Assembly: GCA_022605425.2 (NCBI GenBank)
Contig: CM061252.1
Location: forward strand, 744,001-808,000
Direction of reading: 5' to 3'
DNA: 64,000 nt
DNA from: Hamiltosporidium tvaerminnensis FI-OER-3-3
Taxonomy: Eukaryota > Fungi > Microsporidia
Part shown: piece after piece, positions 51,401 through 60,244 of the stretch
Layout: every line of letters starts with the position of its first letter
How positions within the stretch are numbered: position 1 is the stretch's first letter
Translations under genes and position numbers: made by a program
The notes under the pieces: model-generated
Database searches by the model: none
Told to the model about the DNA's origin: nothing
Seen by the model: the letters and a program-made list of their open reading frames with translations, nothing else

Positions 51401-52272
51401 CCTCGTCATAGCATACCTGCGCAGCTTGCATGATATACGCGGCTTCCGTAATTGACTCAGGTACATGAGCTCCTGCATATTCACCGACTACTCGATTTAT
51501 GAGATCCAGAACTTTACTATCAACCAATTCATTTGGATGTTTTCTAGTTCGGACCACCACTTTTCCAATTTCGTTCTCAGAGATTTCTTTGATTTTACTC
51601 AAGAATTTATCTCTCAGGTTTATGTACTCCGTGGTGTCGGTCAAGGTGCATGTATCAGCGAGACAAGTGGCGATTCTACGTCGCTCTCCATTCTCTTCTG
51701 ATTTTACATCCTTTCCCATCTCACTTTGTGCCAATTTTTTTAACACTTCGAGAGTTTCAGTGCAGCCGAATTTCTCATTATAGTACCTGTGAAGCTCTGT
51801 CCAGCCATTTCTTGGCATTCTTTCAAACCTTGTCTGTACTGCAAAAAAAACAATTCGAGGCCATTCCTTCGGGTCGGCTGTTACGGAATCGAATATCGTC
51901 CGCAATGCCATTAGCCTGTTACCTTCCGGAATAGCTAGAGTACAGGGGCTTGTCATGTCGTACGATGGCTCGCACGCAGAGACTTCAACCGAAGAGGGAA
52001 CTGGTGCATTAGGCGAAGGTAAGGTGTCAAGCCCACTATTTTGCATTTTACTGCATGTTTGGCTTGGTGGTGGAGGTGTTATTGTTGTGTAGGAGGAGGA
52101 AGGTAGGGGAATCGCCGGTGGGTGTAGCTTACATTTTTGTATCTCACTATCACTCTTTTTCACCTCATCAGCGTCGTTTGCAGCCTTTATTTTGGTATTA
52201 TTCGATATTTCGCTGCTAACATTTTTCTTTCTACCCATATAAAAATAAAATATAATTTAAAATTTTTTAAAC
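48439..52272 (-). mobile_element. Intact non-LTR retrotransposon, R4/Dong-type (single ORF, RT + restriction-like endonuclease)
   Basis: The 3' terminus is defined by the truncated copy at 3393. The 5' end is estimated from ~35-40 bp of leader shared with the copy at 1520-1560. Confidence 0.93.
48477..52238 (-). CDS. Reverse transcriptase-RLE polyprotein, 1253 aa, uninterrupted
   Basis: RT motifs KAAGIDG, DYRPI, DVKKAYDSI, GILQGDSLSP, FIDD, YKYLG. CCHC finger CQHC..H....C; RLE motifs RHNEV, RPDI, IEV, EKLRKY. Confidence 0.97.
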   Translation of the reverse strand: MGRKKNVSSEISNNTKIKAANDADEVKKSDSEIQKCKLHPPAIPLPSSSYTTITPPPPSQTCSKMQNSGLDTLPSPNAPVPSSVEVSACEPSYDMTSPCTLAIPEGNRLMALRTIFDSVTADPKEWPRIVFFAVQTRFERMPRNGWTELHRYYNEKFGCTETLEVLKKLAQSEMGKDVKSEENGERRRIATCLADTCTLTDTTEYINLRDKFLSKIKEISENEIGKVVVRTRKHPNELVDSKVLDLINRVVGEYAGAHVPESITEAAYIMQAAQVCYDEATRKEKPRSAWKENIESKISKLVLSKDLLEKARKQEKLSTSETKSLKKIMREFNLNLSSVTDLSEALVKKNESLNVYEKKITMHESRKQFRKENRMFELFRGRFYRGLSERVESEHVVSRDEIMSFWSTMWNKNDDTVTYDDYLIPFVSDNHPTTFPSLDEFVNIINWLPNWKAAGIDGIYNFFIKKLTTLHKYLYDIVKVICLEGTPQADWFYCGLTYLIPKGIPRRGSDYRPITCMSNLYKLTTKCVTKVVQLEVERRGLLAENQLGAVRGVQGAKEQALLNIALNKEYGNNLKATWIDVKKAYDSIDHAYLTQCIENLNLPDWILKFIKVIISKWKIDISVGPEKIMSKKIDRGILQGDSLSPLLFVLCMDPLSRKLNEKYTKVTVQTDAESHSTNHLLFIDDLKLLAKDSSTLSAMTGEAKEFLEVIGLEINKEKSATNDTCCEDTATLLEGVSVYKYLGIIEDSRGIPTRSSFEEVQSKLISRVERLCHTRLNAKNLFSAINQHAISLINYHIGVLRLEPADFSKLDEAVRAVLVKNKIHLRPGCKERLYLPRTELGRGLHSVELRSEHMLLQLLDCLEKSKEISTRRAAILKVENNNKTHLALIKGFLKVKYRLVEEVTKKSLEEAQLAKLYNEIEKRKLHSKLYNARKNELVSVSDSSRWLKRGNIRPRNEAVFCYIQDRNVFWGADGVCQHCGKSGKTVDHLATRCEKMLGHDYTRRHNEVVRCLHLLLLNRYKFKSSKRIRSHSVQEILDNEYAEIRVDTRIKTDVKIRNNRPDIFILDKKKNKITLIEVGITSQDSLQIVETEKLRKYDLLANELGLIYKCSVEIIPYVMTWDGIVTKYHKSHLKRLEIPMNVEAYIQSIVLKKTVETISFDRRRGLESGLNAEESWERASMGVIMRSEMHEEPIPPLKEAKTEEDGAKNFKPKYKAPFILQGGTTLEEPTNNINEESDLEEETKVVKEVEENM

Positions 52273-52292
52273 ATTTTTTTCTTTTTAGAGTC

Positions 52293-53017
52293 GAGGGAGG
52301 ATAACCACATAAAAAACTTTCTGCTTGGCAATGAGTGTGTGAAACTGGTGTGAGAGCATTGTTTGGATTTTTGATGGAATAAAACCACACTACATCTTCG
52401 GTTGTTCCATGGGAGTTGTTATGAGGAGGAGAGGTCTAAGAAATGGAGAAACTTTTTCTACAAATTTATTTGTAGTTTTTTATGTAACCAGATTGCAGAC
52501 TGCAGCTGAAAATGTAGGTAATTGCCATGTAAAAGCATGGAAACCTAGCCAAGCTCACTCGGGTTAGAAGACTTAGCGTCTGGGAGATATAAAAATAAAA
52601 CCCATTAAAAGCCGGGAGAGCTAAGTAGCAGGTTATACCTGTTGGTATGACATTGCACTGTCTAGGTGGACCCCATGTAAATCTCTGAAATATATCTTAG
52701 CTAGAAGTTTATTGGGTTCAGAAAATATAGAGTAAGTGGGATTTCTGCATAGTCTTGGGGGAGCCCAGGGGGGGGGGCTTCGGCCTTCGATCACACTCCA
52801 TGAAACGGACATTAACGAACTCCGGGCAACTGCCTCGCCTATTAATAAGTTTCTACACACTTCGTAGATTAAAGGCTTTGAAACGAAGGTATCGCATGAG
52901 GTACTGATGTAGTGTTGGGGTAGCAGTCATTTATGTTAAACCTAGAACTGCGTTAATGTCATAAAAACAAATATAACACTTGCCACTGTTATAAAAAGAT
53001 GTGATATTTTTAAATAA
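52293..53017 (+). ncRNA. Structured SINE-like element copy, head-to-head with the intact LINE; candidate large structured RNA
   Basis: Multi-copy, with no ORF conserved across all copies. Many helices: GGGGC-UUCG-GCCUU (52774-87), CGG-GCAA-CUG (52823-32), 52458-75, 52525-40, 52571-77/52620-26, 52628-42, 52646-67/52940-63, and end-closing 52326-38/52976-85. Confidence 0.7.
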
Positions 53018-53749
53018 TATTTCGTATTATTAAAATAAATAATAGATTTAAAAATGCACAAAAAAATATCAGAATTTCTAGAAAATTAAAATCTAATAAA
53101 ATATGTGTTACTTTCTAAAACAAGCGTTTAATAAAAAATAAGAAATAAAAAATGCTATTTTTGCAACCCTTTATCTTAAATACTATTCGAATTATAAATA
53201 CAAACTTTAAAGCAAAATCAGAAGTGTAAGAATCAACAAATTTAAATAAAATTTATTCTTTCTAATTAAAATAATTTAAATCAAAAACCTGAAAATATTT
53301 ATTTCCAACGTTAGAATTAAAAAATAACAGTTTAATATAACAAAACAAACCATTTTTTAGATAATCTTACTTCAAATTTATATAAATCTGAAATTAATTA
53401 ACAAATATTTTATATCAAATTTACTTGAAATTTATAGAAAACTGAAATAAATTAACAAATAAATTAACAAATTTACCTTAAATCTTGACAAATTTATATA
53501 CAACTTGCATAAATATATCTATAAATCAAAATATTTTTATATTAAAAATACAAATTAAGAAAATTTATCGTTTAAAACATACAAATTAAGAAAAATAATT
53601 TATAACAAATTAAATACCTTTTAAAGTAAATAAGCTTTAATATATAAAAAAGAGATTAGTATAAGAATAATAAGACTATTGTTTTTATACTAAAGTTCAT
53701 TAAGCATTGATAAAATTATGAAAAATTCTTAAAATAAATCAAAACACAA

Positions 53750-53870
53750 ATCAAAAAAATAGTAAGAAAATCTAAAAAAATAGTAAGAAATAATTTAAGA
53801 ATTAGTAAGAAATAATTTAAGAATTAGTAAGAAAATACCTAAAAATATCTAAAAATATCTAAAAATAAAT
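53750..53870 (+). repeat. Short AT-rich tandem repeats (tagtaagaaataatttaagaat; ctaaaaatat)
   Basis: Directly visible 22-bp and 10-bp units. Confidence 0.7.
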
Positions 53871-54035
53871 ACATTAATTTGTAATAAATATTTTAAATCA
53901 ATGTAAAGTAAATAACAAATTAAACCAATTAAATAAACTTTATTTTTAAAAAATGATTAATATTTATTTCTAAACAAAAATACAAAACAAGTTTTAAATT
54001 TTACTTGAAAAAAAATCAGAAAAAAATAAATAAAA

Positions 54036-55949
54036 ATGTCATTTTTTAAAAAAATATTTACGTTTACTTCACCATTTAAAGAACCCATGATAACTGGATC
54101 ATCAGATATAATTGTAATAAAACATAATAATGTATATAAATGCACACCATTTCATATACGTTTAGCCAAACCATCTATGTTTAGAAGTCAAAGGATACGA
54201 ACAGTACATCTTATTGTTAATAATAGAATGACAGATGTTACTATGTTAGTTAATAATAAAGGAGAACTTTATTTTGAAGAAATGCATTCAACTGATGTTT
54301 ATGCGCATAAAAATATAGATAATTGCATAAATAAAATTACAGAAGAAGATTTTGAAGAAGATCGATGTTTCAGTGACACTTGTGTACTTCCATCCACCAT
54401 TAATGCCAACACATCTAAAAACCTAGACATTTTACTTTCAAACCTCTCACTTGCCTCTGCTTCTACTTCCACATCTACAAATATAAATATTGTACCAAAT
54501 AGTATTTCCACAACCACTGCTTCCTCTTCCCCTAACCCTTCTCTAACCCTAAATACTCGCATAAAAACCACACAAAAAAATTTAAATAAATTTTATGGCA
54601 TAAACAATTCAGAAGTAAAATATAAGACACGAGAAAAAGTAAGAACAAAAAATTATTCACTCAGACTCTACAACATGAAAAACAAAGCACACAAATTCAG
54701 TCCATTTTTAAACATTCATTTTTCTTACAAATATTTTGGAAGATTTGTAGAATCTCAGGAATATAAAGATCATCTCATTAAGGAATACCACCACCTCTTT
54801 GATTTACTTTGTAATTCCATTTTTCCTTCCGGAGAAAAATTCACAAGATGTAATTATAATAACACAGATTCTATTTGTGGAACACTAAGATACTCCCTGT
54901 GTTACTACCAAAGAACCAGAAGAGGACTAAAAGAAGCTTTTGAAAGTTGTATTACAGGAGACATGCACGATACCAAAGGAATGATTGTAGAACTTAAAGG
55001 ATGTTTAGAATGCAAAAGTGTTTTTTATTTTACTTTCAAATTTTTTAACGAAATATTTTTTTTTCTACGTGGAATTCTTACTTCAACAGAAATGAAAAGA
55101 AATTCACGTTTTTCTTCAAACACAATTCATCAGAAAAAAAGTAAATTTAAAGATTTTTTGATTTTTTCTCTTCAAAAAAAAAGTTGGTCTTTTTTTGGAA
55201 ACAAAGAAAAACCACAAATTCATTCTTTTACGTTGAATTCTGATAATTTAAAGAAATTGGGACTTAGAAATGGAAAAAACACTATTTTATTCAAAGTCAG
55301 CGGTATTGATATTTCTGTATCAGCAAATTGTTACCTTTGGAATAATTCTACAAAAATAGTTATCAGTGATGTAGACGGTACAATTACTAAGAGTGATGTG
55401 TGGGGACATATTTACTCTTTTGTAGGAAAAGACTGGACACATGTAGGTGTAGCACAATTATTTTCACGTATCGAAAAAAATGGATATAAAATACTTTATC
55501 TGTCCAGTAGATCTATTGGACAATCTAGAGTCACAAGAAGGTATATTCAAGGGGTAAAACAAAACGAATGGAGACTTCCAGACGGTCCAATACTTCTTTC
55601 TCCTGATGGTCTGTTTAGAGCTATTTATAGAGAGGTAATACTAAGAAGACCAGAAGATTTTAAAATTGCTTGTTTAAAAAATGTACAAAATTTGTTTGAA
55701 AATACAAATCCGTTTTTTTCTGGATTCGGTAATAGAATTACAGATGTTATTTCTTATAAAGCACTTAATGTACCGCTCAGTAAAATATTTACTGTCGATC
55801 ATACGGGTGAAATAGGTTTAGAATTTAAGAAGAATCTTTCTTCAAGTTACCTCAATTTAAATGAATTTGTAGATTCTATTTTTCCTGTCGTTAAAAAGGA
55901 TATTAATAGAGGATATAGAGATACAGAATATTGGAAAATACATTGGTAG
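54036..55949 (+). CDS. PAH1: Lipin / phosphatidate phosphatase (Pah1/Ned1/Smp2)
   Basis: N-LIP GSSDIIVI..CTPFHIR. C-LIP HAD motif ISDVDGTITKSD, GKDWTH, LPDGP, FKIACL, GFGNRITD. Confidence 0.95.
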   Translation: MSFFKKIFTFTSPFKEPMITGSSDIIVIKHNNVYKCTPFHIRLAKPSMFRSQRIRTVHLIVNNRMTDVTMLVNNKGELYFEEMHSTDVYAHKNIDNCINKITEEDFEEDRCFSDTCVLPSTINANTSKNLDILLSNLSLASASTSTSTNINIVPNSISTTTASSSPNPSLTLNTRIKTTQKNLNKFYGINNSEVKYKTREKVRTKNYSLRLYNMKNKAHKFSPFLNIHFSYKYFGRFVESQEYKDHLIKEYHHLFDLLCNSIFPSGEKFTRCNYNNTDSICGTLRYSLCYYQRTRRGLKEAFESCITGDMHDTKGMIVELKGCLECKSVFYFTFKFFNEIFFFLRGILTSTEMKRNSRFSSNTIHQKKSKFKDFLIFSLQKKSWSFFGNKEKPQIHSFTLNSDNLKKLGLRNGKNTILFKVSGIDISVSANCYLWNNSTKIVISDVDGTITKSDVWGHIYSFVGKDWTHVGVAQLFSRIEKNGYKILYLSSRSIGQSRVTRRYIQGVKQNEWRLPDGPILLSPDGLFRAIYREVILRRPEDFKIACLKNVQNLFENTNPFFSGFGNRITDVISYKALNVPLSKIFTVDHTGEIGLEFKKNLSSSYLNLNEFVDSIFPVVKKDINRGYRDTEYWKIHW

Positions 55950-55984
55950 ATTAAGATGTGTTATTTATAGAGAGATAGGGTGCA

Positions 55985-56590
55985 TTAAAGGGAGGTTTGT
56001 TAAATATAAGAAATTATAAGGCATATAACAGGGTGTTAATAATAGGATATATTTATAAGTAGTATAACAGGGTGTTAATAATAGGATATATTTATAAGAC
56101 AGATAACAGGGTGTTAGTATAAGGACATTTTTATAAGTAATATAACAGGGTGTTAAATATATAGGATTATTTATAAGTAATATAACAGGGTGTTAAATAT
56201 ATAGGATTATTTATAAATAATATAACAGGGTGTTAAATATATAGGATTATTTATAAATAATATAACAGGGTGTTAAATCTAAAGGATATATAAGATAGAT
56301 AACAGGGTGTTAAATATAGAGGATACATAAGATCGATAACATTGTGTTAATAATAGGATATATTTATAAGACAGATAACAGGTGTTACTATAAGGACATT
56401 TTTATAAGTAATATAACAGGGTGTTAGTATAAGAATTTGTAAGCAAGATAACAGGGTGTTAGTATAAAGGATTATTTATAATCAGTATAATAGTTGTTTA
56501 ATATAAGAATTTATAAGATAGATAACAGGGTGTTAAATCTAAGGATATTAATTATGATAACAGGGTGTTAATATACCAATATCTGTTAAA
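55985..56590 (+). repeat. Minisatellite, about 15 units of 35-40 bp with core ATAACAGGGTGTTA
   Basis: Directly visible; near-identical 40-bp units at ~56140-56280. Confidence 0.92.
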
Positions 56591-56921
56591 GGGATTTACT
56601 TCATAAACATGTAATAAACAATATACAAATTTAAAATTTTTGTATTTTTTACTATAAAATTAAGAAGTGACAATATTTTTTATGAAACAGAGAATCACAG
56701 TGATCAATCAATTAAAATAATTAAATAATTAAATATTTTACATTTATTCAGGTTGTATTAAGTCTTCTTACTTGCAATCGTATATTCTAATATCACTTAT
56801 TTATACTTCTCATACTTAAAATTTGTATTCTCAAACTTAATAATTTATATATTGGTTTTTACTTAGTTATTCTTCCTTAATCTTTTCAATAAAAACTATT
56901 TTTTTTTATAATTTACTTATC

Positions 56922-56998
56922 AATTTCCAGAAAAATTTATTTCTAATTTCCAGAAAAATTTATTTCTAATTTCCAGAAGAATTTATTTCTAATTTCCA
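56922..56998 (+). repeat. 23-bp tandem repeat x3.3 (aatttccagaaaaatttatttct) upstream of a secreted gene
   Basis: Directly visible. Confidence 0.85.
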
Positions 56999-57129
56999 TA
57001 ATAATACTTATCAATTTACTTACAAAATTTCTTTACAAAACCACTTTATTTACAAAATTTGAAAATATTTTGAAACTTCCAATACAACGTTTCACATTCA
57101 CTTGATATACACAAAAGAATAAACAAACA

Positions 57130-58215
57130 ATGAAAATATTTCTTTTATTAAGTATTGTCTCTTTACAATCAATAAGTCTTCTTATTTTATACGAAAAGCA
57201 AGTAGAAAAGACAGCAGATTCGTTATATAGAATACTTTTACAAATACTGATAAATAAATATAACAAAATACTTTTATCTGAAGGAATACGAATAAAATTA
57301 GTCGGTGTTCTAAGTTATAGCACATATTCCAAATTAAGTAAATATAGTGATTTGAGTATGTACGGAGGCAGTAATAATATAAGTGATCGAAAAACTGAAT
57401 TGGATAGAATATGTTGTGATAAAAGTGTTGTGATGGCTGTGTCTACAGAAATGGATGAAGATATATCTAATGAGGTTAGTTTGTGTAGAGGAAGGTATTT
57501 TATCAATTTGAATTCCAAAAGTAATAGCGATACTGATATGTTTAGTAGTCTTGTAAATGGTGTATTGGGATATTTGAGTGGTATTTTTAATGTGAATGCA
57601 CCAAATTTATTGGAAAATGAAAGCAATGGAAAGTTTTTTAAGGAAAAGATACATAACAAAGAATGGATACAAAAGATTAAGAGATGCTATGACAGCATTA
57701 AATGTGAAAAAGATGTTTTTGAGGAGTTTGAAAGGAATATCCGAGGAGAGGAATTAAGTGAGAGTGATAGCAAGGATGAAAACGAAGATGAAAATGTGAA
57801 AAAAAATGAGAAAAGTAATTCAACTGATAAAGACGTGGGTGAGAAACGTAAAAAAAGAAATTCTGATGAAAATCTTCCAAATCCTGATAAAAATGAAAAT
57901 AAATCCATGCTTTTGGAAGATAAAAAAGGAAAAAATAGTAAAATTGAAAGTAAAACCGATAAAGAAATAATGTTGGAGCAGATTTTATCGGCTGTAAAAG
58001 ATTTATCTACGGTTTTATTAAAGAAGAAGGCAGAACATGAGAGAGAGGGGAATAGGAATCAATCACCGTTCGCATCACCTTTCTCACAACGGATTAGTCG
58101 GTATACCTCGGAAGTAGATAATAAAAAAAATCTTACAAACAATGCTTTACCTACTAACAGTGATCTAACGGGTGTTAATTATGGTATTTTTAGAAAAATA
58201 AATAAAGGGCTTTAA
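57130..58215 (+). CDS. Secreted protein, Cys-containing N-domain plus charged low-complexity tail
   Basis: 361-aa ORF with signal peptide MKIFLLLSIVSLQS. Confidence 0.85.
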   Translation: MKIFLLLSIVSLQSISLLILYEKQVEKTADSLYRILLQILINKYNKILLSEGIRIKLVGVLSYSTYSKLSKYSDLSMYGGSNNISDRKTELDRICCDKSVVMAVSTEMDEDISNEVSLCRGRYFINLNSKSNSDTDMFSSLVNGVLGYLSGIFNVNAPNLLENESNGKFFKEKIHNKEWIQKIKRCYDSIKCEKDVFEEFERNIRGEELSESDSKDENEDENVKKNEKSNSTDKDVGEKRKKRNSDENLPNPDKNENKSMLLEDKKGKNSKIESKTDKEIMLEQILSAVKDLSTVLLKKKAEHEREGNRNQSPFASPFSQRISRYTSEVDNKKNLTNNALPTNSDLTGVNYGIFRKINKGL

Positions 58216-58589
58216 ATTCATTATTTAAAATTTTAATCGAAATTTGTATTTTTGTTCTTTTAAAAAAAAAATTGGGGTCGCATGAATAATGTAGAGCGAT
58301 TTTATTTTCTTCGTATGTATTAAATGAAAAAACTTGTATTTGTAGGAATAAAGGAAATTTTGGTGATTATATTATTATTTAGAGTAATATTATATGTAGT
58401 AGATTGGGTTTTTCAGTCTACAACAATTTTATAAAACAGGTATTGAGATTATATTTATGAGTGTGAAATATATAAAGAAAAATTAACCTGTAGTTTTCAT
58501 TAAATAAAGTAAAAAAAAATTTAGTTTACAATTGTATCCAATTTTACATGTTAAGATATTTTTCATGTCTAACTTGTAAATATTGAGGA

Positions 58590-58665
58590 AATCACATAAG
58601 GAATTATTTCAACACTACACTTATAAATAAGACATAAATCACTGGTCAGAAAATCATATATTTTT
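58590..58665 (-). mobile_element. Small internal LINE (RLE-region) fragment
   Basis: atcacataaggaattatttcaacactacacttataaataag matches 48883-48923. Confidence 0.7.
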
Positions 58666-60244
58666 AAACGCCATAAAGATTTAAATTGTCAATTAATACG
58701 GTATAAATTTAATTGCAAATGATTTAAATAATATTCCAAGTAGATATTGTTTAATGATACAAATATTTTTCAATATGCTTAAACTCTATTTTTTTAGCGT
58801 GACTGCAGTGTTCAGACAAATAACTAATAAATTTTTATACATAAAAGAGCAAAAATATATTTTTGTTTTTGTGTCTCTGTGATTAATTCGTATTACTTTT
58901 TTACAAATAATTCAAGCTTTTTGCAATTATATTGTAAAAATATAAGTTTTTTAAACTATCATATAGATTTATAACAAAGATCGCGCGCTAAACATATCTA
59001 AAATTTATGATATAAGGATATAAAAAATCAGAGCAACAAATAAATATAACCCTTGAAATCGTTTGATATATTAAATCAAAATCTTTACAGATGTCATCAT
59101 ACAACCTTCAGTTCATTACTAGGTATTTCTTAGTTTCAAAATAAATTACAAATAAAAATTAATATTTTTAGTGAAAACAGAGTCATTAAGATAATATATA
59201 AATATATGTATTAGTAGTTAGAAAATATTTTAGTTATAATTGGTGTATTACGCTCAATATAGCCTACATGCAATAACCATATCTAAACCAAAAGTAAATA
59301 ATATTTACTATAAATATATTTCGTGGTAAAAATGCAATACATATTTTAGAATCGAAAGAAAATTCTATAAAGAGGATAAACCCTATATAATAAATTTAAA
59401 TTTTGAATTAAATATAAATTATTCGTTTTTAGTCACATACGCCAAAAACTCTTTATTGCGATAATTTAATTCGATTTATTCAGATATTATATTTATTATT
59501 GAATAAATTCATTATTTCATAATCAAAACACTTTATCTTAAAATGGTATAGAGTATTGTATGCACATTTTTTTTAAGCAATAATTTTTTACCTAGAAAGT
59601 AAAAATAAAACTTAGATTTTTTTACCAATCAATTGAAGAAAAGTAAATCGCGAAAAAAACAATGCAGGATTTTTTTATAAAGATAAATATCTGGATATAA
59701 AAATATTTTAGTAGAATAAACGAAGATGTTTTCTTTTAAAAAATCAATGCATCAAAAGAGGTTTACTTAAACCGATGTAATTTTGTTTATATGTACGGGA
59801 ATTTTAGCATTAAACTATCATTAAAAATATCTAAAGTTTCGCAAATACCATTTATAAAAGCAAAGTTTTCAATCTATAACATAGTAATACTATTAAATAA
59901 AAGCTAATATAAAAATAATAAAAGAGCAATAATTTTTTTTATTAGATTTTCAATTTACCTCCAAATTAATTCTAAGAATTATATTTTTTAATTAATAAGT
60001 AAATTATTTGAAATATAATAATTTATATAAATTAATTAAGCCAGCAGATGTAATAAACTTTATTTATTTGTAGTTTATCTAACTACTAAGGTATTAAGCA
60101 ACACCCTCTATAACGTCTAGATACGTTATTTACCACCCCAATCCAAAACACAATACATCAAATTAAATTAATTTTTTTACCATTTTCCAACTTGTTTCCT
60201 ATCTCAAACTATCTCAACATAAATATAAGTAAAAATTGAAACAT

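Noticed and set aside
48425-52272. Possible TSD taaaattttt around the intact LINE
   Set aside because: Low-complexity A/T match expected by chance; the 5' boundary is uncertain.
52293-53017. Element as solo LTR, MITE, tRNA-SINE, or hammerhead/HDV retrozyme
   Set aside because: No TG..CA ends or 4-6-bp TSD, no true TIRs, and no convincing A/B boxes. No intact CUGAUGA/GAAA core or HDV nested pseudoknot was found by eye. A covariance search is still needed.
55985-56590. CRISPR-like look of the repeat-spacer array
   Set aside because: Eukaryotic context, no cas genes, a core of only ~14 bp, and spacers that are homologous to one another.
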